The position numbers and the translations under genes are program-made. The notes beneath the pieces are model-generated. The model was not told the origin of the DNA and did not search any database. It saw only the letters and a list, made by a program, of their open reading frames with translations. DNA of 64,000 bases from Lama glama (Eukaryota). Where the stretch lies: NCBI GenBank assembly GCA_028534125.1, contig CM052817.1, forward strand, positions 18,850,001 through 18,914,000, read 5' to 3'. This document shows, piece after piece, positions 51,100 through 63,910 of the stretch; position 1 is the stretch's first letter, and each line of letters starts with the position of its first letter.

Positions 51100-51762
51100 A
51101 CACATGCCAAGTCTTCTTTATCCAGTCATCTGCCGATGGACATTGGACATTTGGGTTGTTTCCATGTCTTGGCTATTGTAAATAGTGCTGCCGTGAACAT
51201 TGAGGTGCCTTTGTCTTTTTGAATGATACTTTCCTCCAGATACATGTCCAGGAGTGGGATTGCTTGATCATATGATAAGTTTATTCGTAGTTTTTTAAGG
51301 AATCTCCATACTGTCCTCCATAGTGACTGCACCAATTTATATTCCCAACAACAGTATAGGAGGGTTTCTGTTTCTCCACACCCTCTCCAGCATTTATCAC
51401 TTGGCAAGTTTTTAATGGTGGCGATTCCGACTGCTATGAGGTGATAACTCATCGTAGTTTTGATTTTGCATTTCTCTGATAATTAGTGATACTGAGAATT
51501 TTTTCATGTGCTTATTGGCCATCTGGATATCTTCTTTGGAGACATGTCTGTTTAGGTCTTCTGCCAATTTTTTGATTGGGTTGCTTATTTTTCTGGTATT
51601 AAGCTATATGAGCTATTTGTATATTTTGGAAATTAGTCCCTTGTTGGTTGCATCATTTGCAAGTATTTTCTCCCATTCTGTGGATGGTCTTTTCATTTTG
51701 TTGATGGTATGCTTAACTGCAAAAGCTTTTAAGTTTAATTAGATCCTATTTGTTTATTTTTG
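51100..51762 (-). mobile_element. L1 ORF2 C-terminal fragment lacking the 3'UTR
   Basis: ORF 51126-51452(-) [36 protein letters not shown]...MFTAALFTIAKTWKQPKCP is the ORF2 Cys-rich domain. Confidence 0.95.
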
Positions 51763-51793
51763 TGGCCATATTCTCTATATGCACATAATTTTT

Positions 51794-51930
51794 AAAAATT
51801 ATTTTTGTTTTGTGGGGGGAGGTAATTAGGTTTATTTATTTGTTTATTTATTTAACAGACGTACTGGGGATTGAACCAGGACCTTGTGCATGCTAAGCAC
51901 ACACTCTACCACTGAGCTATACCCTCCTTC
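51794..51930 (-). mobile_element. camelid tRNA-Ala SINE
   Basis: gtactggggattgaaccaggaccttgtgcatgctaagcacacactctaccactgagctataccctcc; TSD acataattttt 51783-51793 / 51932-51942. Confidence 0.92.
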
Positions 51931-51942
51931 TACATAATTTTT

Positions 51943-52091
51943 TTAAAAAACTATTGTATAAAGAACACTTAATGTGAGATCTGCCCTCTTGAGAATTTTT
52001 CAAGTATACAGTATATTATGATTGGCTATAGATGTAGCCACCATTCTACTCTTTAGGTCAAATTCATAGAATCAAAGAGCAGAATGGTGCT
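51943..52091 (-). mobile_element. short old L1 (MA/MB-like) 3'UTR insertion with 5' inversion
   Basis: antisense aagaacacttaatgtgagatctgccctctt...caagtataca and ccaccattctactct, then sense gtcaaattcatagaatcaaagagcagaatggtg. Confidence 0.7.
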
Positions 52092-53026
52092 TGCACATGA
52101 CTTTTATATTCTAATATGAAGGGTGATATCTTAAGCTAAGCTACACAGAGATGACCTCTCTTATGCCCATCCTATCCTTACTTGCCTTTTGGCTCATGCA
52201 CCCATCCCTGGGGCAGGAGGTTTTGTTAGTCCATCAAGGTCACATTGAAGAAGGCAAAAAAATTTAGGAAGAGGCCTGAGGCCGTTCTTTCCAGGAAAGA
52301 ATGTGAGCTTGATAGGCAGTTCATATCTCCGGGATGCATCCTTGTTGCATACTTCCTCGGAGTGACTGGAGAATGGTACTAGATATCCAAACAATAACCA
52401 CCCAAAATAGTTTTCATTAATCATACGACTTAGGCTAAATAGTGTTTTCTAATTCAAATATCTAGTAAACTAACTCAGTTCTTCACTCTGCCTCGTGGGT
52501 ATAAGCATTTGTTCAATTCCTTATCTCTCAACTTCGAATAAGAACTTGATTTACTTTCTCCCTCAGGATATTTTTAAAAATAATTAAATGACAGGATATA
52601 AAAACATGTATTTCTTTTTTCTATTTAGATAAGTTCTTACATATTCAGACATAGAGGCATATCTCATTTTGCTAAACAGATATGTTTCTGAATAGTTGCC
52701 TATAAATCAAATTTCTATGTATTAAAATTGATTTCCTTATTGGCTTTTATTATAAAATAAGATGTGCCTGGAGATATACTCCTTTAGGGAATTAAAAATA
52801 AACTGGTCCTAAAATGCAAATGACTGACATCCAGAACTGCTGCAAAAATACTAAGACTCAGACATTTAAAGAAACGATGGCACTTTTTAATTTTAATATT
52901 ATTTAAATAATAACCCCAAGAAGAATTTTACTTATGGCATAATTCTGATATTCCATATCTTAAAAGTTGGGGGGTTAAAAATAAGATAAGCTACCTTGAA
53001 AAAAAGATGAAATAAAAAATCCCTTC

Positions 53027-53169
53027 GGGAGGAGGATGTTTTAGGTCAAGTGGTGGAGCACATGCTTAACATGCATGAGGTCCTGGGTTCAGTCCCCAGT
53101 ACCTCCTCCAAAAATAAACAAATCAACCTCATTACCTCCCCGCCAAAAAGCAAAAACAAATTAAGAAAG
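53027..53169 (+). mobile_element. camelid tRNA-Ala SINE
   Basis: tcaagtggtggagcacatgcttaacatgcatgaggtcctgggttcagtccccagtacctcc; imperfect TSD aaaaatcccttc / aaaaactccttc. Confidence 0.9.
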
Positions 53170-55147
53170 AAAAACTCCTTCCATCTTTTGCCAGCCTACC
53201 TCTTCTTTGTTCTGTAATCAGAAAAGAAAATGCAACCAATTTGATTCCAAAGACTCCATACAAACTGGGAAAGCATGTTTAGCTGGAATAGTTGGAGGCT
53301 CAGAAAGAATCTGTCCTAAATGCAGCCATAAGTGAACAACAGAGGCACGTTCAGGATGATGTGTAATTACTGTCAAATGAAGTATGGCAGTTCGTGGCTT
53401 GGCATTGAGTGAGGAGCCCACCACGCAAGTGCTGATCACTGCAACAAGTTCCTAATTCTCGGTAAATCAAAGGCTTCCTTCACTGGGCTTCAGTCGCTTG
53501 TCATTGAGGACAGAGTCTGAGGGTAAGGGAAGGAAAACAGGTAGAGGAGGGGGAAGGGGTAACATCTATATGAAAACCAAACTAGAGACTTTACAAATTC
53601 TACTTTCACATAACTCTCACCACACACCTGCTAGGGAGTTACCAATTGTCAATTTATTGTTGTGAAAACCAAAGCCATTTAGAAAAGACCAAATAAGCCA
53701 GGATATAAATTCAGTGCCGTTAGACTGCATATTCTTATTCTTTCCAAATATCTTTCTGAATGTGTCTAATGTGCCTATGATCACAAAGCTGGATTGTTGA
53801 AACATGTCACTGGTGTGCAATCCTGTGTTGTGTACAACATTCCAAAGTGATAGGCAAAGACCAAAGAGAAATCAGCCTGTCCTCACTTGAAAGATTGTTT
53901 TGGCTTCTGATCTTGTATCATGATTGATATGCTAACTTAGTACGCAGGCTTTATTTCTGTCACCTAAAAATGGAATCCTCGAGGAATTAAACTATATGGC
54001 ACAGGTCTGTGGAAAGAGCAAAGCAACACAGAACAACAAAACCAAACATCCAACTCAATATTCCTACTGAGAAAACTGCTTCTTTCTGTACTAGGCCTTG
54101 GTACCTCGGAGGATATTTCTTACTTTGCCTTCTATTTCTGTCTTCCTTTGGGGGGAAAAACATACACTGGCATTTTACATTTTAGGAGTCTTGAGAAATA
54201 GGTTATTAGACATCATTTGAGACTTTGCTCATTCTCACAATATACTTATTAGAAATGGGAAGTATGAGATTTAAATTTTATATTACTTCCAGAATAAATA
54301 TTTTATTCAGTAGCAATAATGCAGAATCATGTAATTTCAAAATAGCATAATTAGTTGGGGCACCTTAGTAATAAAACCAAAAATGTGTATATTCCAAGAA
54401 TAAACAGTTACATTGGCTAAAATATCAGAGAGAACACGTCACCCTGTATTTTTTGATAGCCTGACATGACGGGGAATCCAGAAGTCCCTTGGGATCAAAA
54501 CAGCTAATATTCTGAGTAATTAAGAAAGTAATAAAAATGCATCCCTGAACTGGCATGGAATTCAGAATCCAAGAAAAGGTGAAACTAGACATTTTATGAG
54601 ATAGCTCGTGCCAAAACGACTTTACCCACAGAAAATTTCTGCCAAATCTTGAGTCAAAGAATGTATGCCCTGAATTCAGGATCTGTAGATAAGAGACAAA
54701 ATCTTTAGATGCAAGCAATGTGAAGCATTTCATAGAAAATTCAGAGGCTCCAGCTGCAGTGTAAAGGGTTATAAAGAAATAAATCCTGCTGGGAAGAATG
54801 CGACAGTCAGAGATGTTCCTGTCTCAGAGTTGGCGCTAGAGGAGGAGAAAAATTTATGTATTTCCACTGAGAATTCATAACCATGGGCATCCCTTGATTT
54901 TGCAGTGAAATTCAAACTTCTCCTATTTTTAAGGAACCCCTTTAAAAAGGAGATTTTAACTTAAAGCAATGCCAAGGTGGTGAAGCCCACAAGTTACTCA
55001 CAGAAGCCAACACACATTTCTCTGAAAAAAATCATTTTAAATAATGTTTGTGTACTTTCTTATGTTTTTGGATTAGTCAGATATTTGTTTTAGACCATTT
55101 CTTCTCTATTAGCTAATTTGTTGTTAACTTTCTCTTATTTCAACTAT

Positions 55148-55330
55148 TAGACTGGGGCTTTGCCACACGATATGTTAATCACTAGCTACACAGTTCTGAT
55201 TAAAATAAATTTGTTAAAATTAAAAAAAAAAATGGCACACAGGCCACATTTCACGTGCTCACTGTGGCTAGCCAACAGCATGGAACCGGGCAGGTATACA
55301 ACATCTGCATCATTACAAAAGTAACACCGT
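55148..55330. mobile_element. MER3-like hAT-Charlie MITE
   Basis: cactagctacac...taaaattaaaaaa...gccacatttcacgtgctca...aacatctgcatcattacaaaagt. Confidence 0.65.
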
Positions 55331-55759
55331 ATACACAACTCATTGTCATATTACAGATGATTTCTCTTTGCATTCGTCTAATCAAGACATAATTAGAGAT
55401 GTTTAACTCCAGTCATACTTTCTATATTTTGCACTATTTTCATGCTTTTAAAACTCTACATATCCTTAAACTGCAAATGTCAGTACTTACATTTTGTATG
55501 GTAAATACTCATATTTATTTACTCTTTCTCAAACCCTTCTTTCCCTCTATTTCTTTGGTGATATCCAGGATCATCTTCCTTCTGCCTTTGATTTTCTTTA
55601 AGGATAGGCCCGTTGGTGGTGAGTAATCTGTTCCTGTTTGCCATCATCACTGAATGACCTATTAGCTGGGCATAGAAGATAAACTTTCCAAGGTGAACAC
55701 CAAACAAAGTAAACTGGAGGGGCTTCATTAATATAGGAAAAAAGACATTAAACAATTTT

Positions 55760-56250
55760 AAGTGAAGATAAAATATAACCTAGGACCTACCATTCCATTA
55801 CTAAGTATGTAAAACATTTCCTATAAGCATTATTCATAACAGCTCAAATATGTAAAAAATACTAATGCTTATCAATTAGATACTGGAATAAAAACTCTGA
55901 GGTTTATTTATATAATGGAGTACATACCATACTTTATTGAAAATCGATCAGCTATAGCCAACACATCAAGCTGTGCGCATTAAAGCATATTTAATATAAT
56001 TAAGAAGAAAAGGAAAATAGAGAAGAATACACCCAGTGAGATTCCACTTATATAAATTTTATGATAAGCAATAATAATAATATATTTTAGAAAGTGATAC
56101 AGTTAGGAGGGTAGCTGTTCTGGAGAGCCATCTACAATACTGGGAAAATCTTATTTTATTATTTGAGTGGCATTCCTATTCAGTGTCCACTTTATTACTA
56201 ATGTGATTTTCTGTATACATAATTTTTCTGTATATTCATTTTAAAATGTA
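55760..56250 (+). mobile_element. old L1ME-like 3' end
   Basis: gacctaccattccattactaagtat...agcattattcataacagc...gattccacttatataaa. Confidence 0.7.
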
Positions 56251-56663
56251 TTTCCTGATTAAAATACACAGATATATTAATTCATATGTTCTCTGCCGTC
56301 TCTTTAAAGGGCAGGCAAGAATGTTGCCTTCCCATCTAATTAGATAATCTGGAAATTTCTCTGAATAGTACCTCAGTGCATTGTTTTCTGGCTTGCTTCT
56401 CAACAGGAGCTGAGAGCGGGGTCCCGTATAGTAATTGTGTCCAGTAAATGCTGCTTTGGAAATTAGATCCATAGTTCTGATTTCTAGAGTCAAACCTGCG
56501 GGTGAAATTGTCTCCAGGGTTTGAGGCTTCAGTAGATGCTCGTGTCGTGTGTTTTTCTCTTATTATAGACTTTTTTCTTTTTAATTGATAACTAGTAATC
56601 ATCTCCATTTCAAATTTTCCACAAAATGTTATTTAACCTCATAAGAACATACACTGGAAACTT

Positions 56664-56834
56664 TTTTTTGGTTTAAAAAATATTTATTTACTTACTTTAC
56701 ATTGTCTTTTATGGGGTAGGTAATTAGGTTTATTTTTATTTATTTACTTTTTTTTTTTAATGGCAGTACTGAGGACTGAACCCAGGACCTTGTGCATGGT
56801 AAGCATGCCCTCTACCACGAGCTATAGCCTCCCC
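56664..56834 (-). mobile_element. camelid tRNA-Ala SINE
   Basis: gtactgaggactgaacccaggaccttgtgcatggtaagcatgccctctaccacgagctatagcctcccc; TSD tacactg(g/c)aaactt 56650-56663 / 56837-56850. Confidence 0.92.
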
Positions 56835-57199
56835 ACTACACTGCAAACTTATACAGGCTTTCTTTTAGAAAAAAAAAATTCTCAAAATATTGCTTTGACA
56901 TCTTTGGTCTCTACATATGATTAAGTCTTCCATGTTGTGTACAGTTATATATAGTTTCATTCAAAATTAGTGTAACAACTCAAGAGGAGAACTATAGGAT
57001 AAACATACTACATGAGTTTAATGCTAATTAGCAGCAAAAAATATCAAGATTCCAAAGACCATTTTTATATGACAGACAACATTCATTTTCTGTCTAGAAG
57101 TTAAGCCTGAGATCCAGAGCCTTGTCTGCCTGATTCATTGTCATAGTCACGGCATATACGAGTCGTGTGTAGGTGATATCTAAATCCATATCTGTATCT

Positions 57200-57790
57200 A
57201 TGGCTTTATCTGTCAATAGAGATCTTATCCATTTATTAATGATGTTTTGTAATGCATTCAAGCGTTTTAAAATCCAAACAGTAGAAGAAAAGCCCGTAGA
57301 AAAATCTTGTTCTTTTGCTGGTTTTATTCATCCCCAGTAGTTCTTTTTTTAAATTTTCTTTTCTTCCTTTTAACATGGACAATATGGCCTAGAAATATAT
57401 TTATATCTGTAGAACAGATTATCCCAGCCCCACTTTTTTCATTGTAACCACTACTCCAATGAGCAGTATTATGCACACAGTATTTTGTGTATTTGCAAGA
57501 AGAGCAATTGGATAGAGTCCCAGAAATGGAATTGGTGGATCAAAAGTAAATTTCTTTACCATCTGAATAGATACTAGATTGCCCTCCCTGGAGGTTATTA
57601 CGTTTTTGCACTCCCAGAGGCAGTGTGCAAGAGAACCTCTTTTCCAACAGCCTCAGTAACAGAATCCTGCAGGGAATTTTAGATTTTGGCTCATCTGAGT
57701 TCATAAAGTGTATCTCAGAGCACTTTGAACTTACATGTCTCTTCTTATGAGTGATGCTAAACATGTTGTATGTTTGTAACAATTGTAGTT
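57200..57790 (-). mobile_element. old L1ME-like 3' fragment
   Basis: ggatagagtcccagaaatggaattggtggatcaaaag...attgccctcc...tgcactccca...gcagtgtg. Confidence 0.65.
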
Positions 57791-60270
57791 CGAACTTACT
57801 TCAGTGTATTGTTATTGGAATCTTTGAACCTGGACATGGAAGTGTAGCTGTGGCCGTTGGACAGTAAAAAGATTGAATTGGCCTATTCATTGCTTGCAAT
57901 GTGGCATTGTTCCAAGGATAGGATTTGCATCTGTACGTTTGGGAAATGATTTATACTCTTTGTACATCATGGCACCTATGGCAGAATAAAATGAGAAAAT
58001 AAATACATAATCACGTTGAAGGTAAGGATAATGCTTCATATGAGTATTTTGATCAGGCTGAGCCGGGGACTAATGTGCAAGTATGTATCTAATATACTTT
58101 ATAACATTTTAGAAATATTAGCTAAATTAGCTCTAACTGGACACTGTTAGGGACAGAATTGTTCTAGGCATTTTTATGACATATTCTTCAGGCCTCAGCC
58201 TGACAGGAAAGATCATTTTCAGTGCATATTTAATGTGAGTCAAATCTTCTTGGTCAAAAAATAGAATTTTTATGAAGCATAATACTTTCTTTGATGAACA
58301 AACTTTTCACCTACAGCATGTGTCAAAAAGCTAAAGAGTTTCTTCATAGTACAAAGCGGCCAACACATTAAGGAAATAGAATCAAACCTAGGGAATATCA
58401 AATATTAGCTTTATGAAAAAAATAATATATAGGAAGAAATAAAGCTGTATTAGTTCCAAGGCAGAGCTAAATCCCACTGAACTTTATTTTTTATTATTAA
58501 TTATAAAGGCCAAATCCATTATTGGGTAATACAAATATCATTAAAACTATATAACAGAAACTCATTATTTCTGCCTTTAAATATACCTATGTTAATATGG
58601 CCTTTTCTCTAAGCTTTTCATTTTTCTTCCCCAAATCACAATACAGTTAAAACTTATTCTTTCACATTTTAGAGTTACTCAAATCCATAACTTTCTGTCA
58701 TAATGAATACTTTAATTTTGAGTAAATTTAATTTTGAGTATAATAAGAATATTGGTCTTCTAATTCAAACACAGGGCACACGTTCAACCGTATTTCCAGC
58801 CATTTTCCTCTTCCAGAGCATAGTTCTTACCACAGGTCTCACTTCAGTTATTTCTGTCCTAGAGAGAGCAGAGACATTCCACCTGGTCAGCCCGAATCCA
58901 GGCCACACGCAATAGCACGGTCCCCATAGGGAGCATTTACCCCATATCTCATCTCGTATGAATTTGAGAGCTATGTTGAGATAGTTTTACAAATAGTTAA
59001 AACTCAAAGCAGAGAGATTATTTTTAGTCTAAAAGCATAGTTGTGGGGTGAAGTATAATGCTGGATTATTACATTAGATGCTGTAATTTATTTTAAATTA
59101 ACCTTAGGCATTGAGAAGTAGATCCCTAGATTAGTTGATATGCAAAAGCATTTCCTTCATCTTCATTGTAGTCCCTAATAATACAAATAAGGCATTCTTT
59201 CCTGGTGGTGTACAGTAGAAGACCTCTCATTCTACTCTGTCTGGACTTGTAACTAGTTAGTCAAATAGTAACTAAATACAAGAATCATAAATAATTAACA
59301 TGTATGTACCATAAGCATTTTTACCTGAAACATACTGAGATAAAATGAAGTCAGTCTTAACTGAAAAAAATAGACATGAATATTAGATATTTTAACTTGA
59401 AACATATCGTAGTGTGCAGAATCTGTCTTAATGATTTCATAATTTACTCACCAGTGTTCTAAGTCCCTTTTCTAAACTGTGGTGATGTCCTCAGGATGTT
59501 GAATCCTCCTGGCTAAGTGGGATACTCTTGACTGTGCTCGTGTTTCCACCAGACAAGTTAAATATTTAGTGAGTCCTTTGTGTTTGTTTTCATATCTGCT
59601 TTTGAGCACTTGAATTTAATATTGCAATTAGGTAATAAAACTAACTCGGGGCTACCAAGCTGCAAGACTCCAGAGAGATGATCACATAGTAATGTAGTCC
59701 TGAATACTGATAAAATATGAGAGGAGCAGAGATAATATACTTTGAAAACACCCGATAAAGTCAGGTAGTTTAAGAAATATTGCCAAATTAAGTATGGGTG
59801 AAACAATTATAAAAGTTCAGAAACTACTTAAAAGGTCATACTATCTTTTACCTTGAAAGAAACCGAAACTCAAATTCTAATCCATTATGAAAGAGTTTTC
59901 TAATAGATTTAACCCTGAACTGGTGATGTGATACATGCTTTTACTATTTCTTTGTAAAGAAAATGGCAGGTGGAATTATTTTAGATGTAAAGGGGCATTA
60001 TTTCTTTAAGTGACTCTCAAAAGTTTCACGACATTTGTGTGGCTGTGCACGTGTGAATGTGAGGAGAGAGAGAGAATGATGGAGTAATTGGGGCAAAATG
60101 TAAAACAGTGTGTTCATGCCATGTGTTCTACCTAGACATCTTATCCTCTTTGCACTGCTAATTCCTATGCAAAGTTAGACTCTGTGGTACCCTGATCTAG
60201 GTGAGTACCCCGTTAGATATTCTCGCAGAACCCTGTATTTCACCTTTGTGACTTTCAGAATTGTTAAGTA

Positions 60271-60761
60271 CAGATGGTCCCTAACTTATGATGGTTCCCT
60301 TATTATTTGTTGACTTTATGGTGATTCAAAAGCAATATACAATCGGGAGAAACCATACATCAAAGTTTGATTTCCTCCTGGGCTAGTGAGTGTGGTACCT
60401 ACTCTACTATGGGTGGAGGTAGTGAGCCTCAGCTCCCAGTCAGCCAGGCAATCAGGATGGGTAGCAACTGATACCCTTAGCACCATTCTGTATGCAGACA
60501 ACCATTTTGTTTTTCACTTTCAGTATAGTATGCAATAAATTATATGAGATATTTCAACACTTTACTCTAAAATAGACTTTGTGTTAGATGATTTTCCCCA
60601 ACTGTAGGCTAGTAGAAATGTTTTGAACATGTTTAAGGTAAGCTAGGCTAAAGCTATGATGTTTACTAGGTTGGGTGTATTAAGTGCATTTTAGGCTTAA
60701 GATACTTTCAATTTATGATAGTTTTTTTAAGGCTAACCCATGGTAACTTGAGGAAGACCTG
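60271..60761. mobile_element. Tigger5/MER47-type TcMar MITE inserted in an L2 3' end (~60170-60935, +)
   Basis: TA|cagatggtccctaacttatgatgg ... ccatggtaacttgaggaagacctg TIRs; internal tttaaggtaagctaggctaaagctatgatgtt. Confidence 0.9.
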
Positions 60762-62949
60762 TGAATTAGTATTTTTACAACTGGTGATCTGTTATCTTTC
60801 TTTTTGCTGGATAGATGGTAAGCTCTATGAAAAGAGAATTCATGGCTTTAAATTATGTCTTTACCCCTAACACCTAACATGTTGCCAAAGCATGGTAAGC
60901 CCTTAAAAACTTGGATTAAATAAATGAATGAAGATGGCCAATAGCTCTTTTCTCATTTTTTGTAAAATGTCAGGCTCAGGAATTTGGTAAGATAGAGGCT
61001 AAAATATCTTCCTCATCCTCTGTATTCCTCCACCTCAGAGCATATATGCCCCTGCTGCTCTCCATTAGACATTCAAAAAGTGTTGTTAACAAAAAGCAAA
61101 ATGGATGGCTAATCCATTTTTTGGGGATTGCACTGTGAGCAAATGCACATGGTTAAGAATAAGCACGCCTTTTATCCAGGACAGGCTTGTTGGATAGCAG
61201 AGCTGGATTTGAGGGTTTTATTCATGGAGGGTAGGTAGAGTGGAGCCAGGTCTCGTTGATGAAGGGATGGGGCTGGCTGAGAAGAAGGCAAAACAGACTA
61301 TCTCGCTGTGATACAAGACAGAAGTTGAAAATTCTTTGACTGTATAACTAATTTATTTGGGTTGCTTAGTGAAAATAGTTAGATTTGTTGTCAATATTTT
61401 ATAGTCAAGAAGGTTAACGTAAAAATCACTTTGTCTTTTCTTAAAAAACTAATCTAAAATATTGAATTTATGTTTGGGCTCAGTAACCATTAGTGTAACT
61501 AAGGAGCTGCCACACACTTTTTAAACACATCTGCTCTCCAGTTTGCCAGGTTCCCAACCCTGCTGCCTTAAATCCTCTTACTTGTCTGGCCTATGTTGAC
61601 ATTTGAATTTGTCAGTCCTACTGTGTAGGAATCTTAAAGAGCCATGATAATAGGAATATTTTGTAAGGTTAAATTTAGGCTGATCAACTTAGTGTGTCAC
61701 TGTTACAGATTTTGGAATTATTCTACATTTTTATGCTACTTATATTTACATTTTAAAGCATCCTTTTTATTTACTGATCATTGAGTATTGTTAAAAGTAG
61801 CTCCTTTATTTTTTATTTACTCATATATTTATTTCTTTGTGTTTGTTTCTGTATATAGGCTTTATATCTGCCTTCAATTTGAAACCTACATAAATATATA
61901 CAGTTAATCCTGGTACAGTATTCTGTGATTTAGTATGTTTACAGTTATTAGCCTTGCTAAAATGAACTATTGATTATAGAGCATTACTGCAGTTCATTTT
62001 GTGGTGTTTGGGGGACTCAGGGAAATTTTATTCCACCTTGAGGAATGATGTAATTAAAACTTGGTTGCTGACTGCATTATTAAACAAATCATTGTCTCTT
62101 TGGGAAGCAGAATTCTGGAACTTTATCAGAAACAGATATCTATAGGGAAATAGACATTTGAACATTTAAGTAACAATCTTTGATCTTAATTTAAGTTTAT
62201 TAATAATTCCTTACATTTTGATCAAAGTTAATATCTTTCAAAGTGTTTTCAGGCTTGTGATAACATTTGATCCTTTCAACAATTTGGGTATGTTAGAAAA
62301 AATTACTGCTATCTTCAGTTCACAGGCAGAGGAAGAAACCCAGCAGAATTAAACAGTATGTTTCAGGATCAAGATAATATGTTTATGGAGTCAATAATAG
62401 AATCCAGTTATGTCTAATATCCTTTTCAACCAGGATGGATTGTTTCTATTTATATGGAGTCAAGCTTTAAAATGTCCAGTGAGAATTATGTATAAGCCAC
62501 ATCTCAAAACATTATAAATTTGATAAAACAAGGTACTTGCGAATTAAGAAAACATTAGTGGGAGAAAAATACATGTGGTATATATTGGAATGTTTTGATT
62601 ATCCTAAGTGAATAATACATTTAGTTTTGAGATTCCCAACAATCATGATAAAAAGAAGAAAAATGTAGGTTATGTGTTTCTTATTTTCATTTAAAGGGAA
62701 GAATATGATATCACCCAGAGAGGCAATGATTTCTTCATGGAAATTGAACACTAAATGGAATTAATGTATGAATGGTCTGTATGCGCTATAATCTATTTAT
62801 AAATTGCATAATTCAGGCGAAATATAACTTGTATAAACAAAACAGATGTATTTGTGTTTTTACAAAATAGAAACATTCCAACATGTTTAAAATGCTATTA
62901 TAATATCCTATTTTTTAGCATCAAATGGAATTATACGGCAGTTTCTAAT

Positions 62950-63910
62950 TGTAATGGTAACATTTATTGACTGTTTGCGTCTAGTACATTGCTCAGAGTA
63001 CTTGACATGCACTAAATCATTTAATCTTCACTGCAGTCTGTGGTATAGGTATTATAGTTCATATTTTACGGAAGGAGAAACTAAAGTGCAAATGTTAAAT
63101 AACTTTCCCAAGGTCACAGAAGTAGTTTGCTAGTTAGTTGTATACAATGCAGTGTAGCAGACAGCTCAGATATATCAGTGATTTACACCCACGATGATTG
63201 CATGATGGCTTTGTAGGTTGGCTACAGCCAAAAATCAACTGAGTTTTGCTGGACTAACCTTAGCCAGCTGGACTCTGAGCTTTAGATTTGGTTCAGATCT
63301 GCTCTACATGTTTCTCATTTGGGGTCCCAGTCAAAAGGAGCACTGGTTCCAGTATGCTGCTCTGATGGAGGGCTGATCTCCTTAAGAGTGATGGTACCAA
63401 CCAGCCATGCCTCTAAAAGCTTTTGTTCATAACTGCCTTATGCATTCCATGAACAAAATGAGCCGTCTACCCAAGCTCAGTGTCCAAGGGACAAGTTTGT
63501 ATGAACTCCTAAAATAAGACTATGGAAGATTGATGAGGACAAAGTGAATTTTAACCAATATGGTAGAGCAAGGCTACAAATCTAGATAACCTGATTTTAC
63601 AGCCAGTACACATTCCACTCCATTCAGTTGTTTTTCTGTTATATTCTACTAATATGAATAGATTTATTTATATTTAACTATCCCTACATTTATGAATTAA
63701 ACACCAAATAATGATTTATATTTTATTTTTATACTTTAAATATATTGCTGAATTCTATACTAATACTTTCCAACTTCCATATTTATATTCAAAAGGGAGA
63801 TTGGCCTTTGGTTTTGTTTCTCTATTTAAAGTTAGCTTTTAGCATCTCAGAGTCATGTTTGCTGTGTAGAATAAATTAGATGGCTCCACATCATTTTATA
63901 CTATTCTAGG
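62950..63910 (-). mobile_element. adjacent MIR (~62950-63125), MLT1K/L-like LTR (~63130-63520) and old L1 fragment (~63590-63910)
   Basis: tattttacggaaggagaaactaa...taactttcccaaggtcaca; ggttcagatctgctctacatgtttctcatt; tatattcaaaagggagattggcct. Confidence 0.65.

Noticed and set aside
59325..59360. 36-nt minus-strand exon-like segment (tttttttcag|...CAG|gtaaaa)
   Set aside because: Isolated, peptide unrecognised; such pseudo-exons are expected by chance in 64 kb
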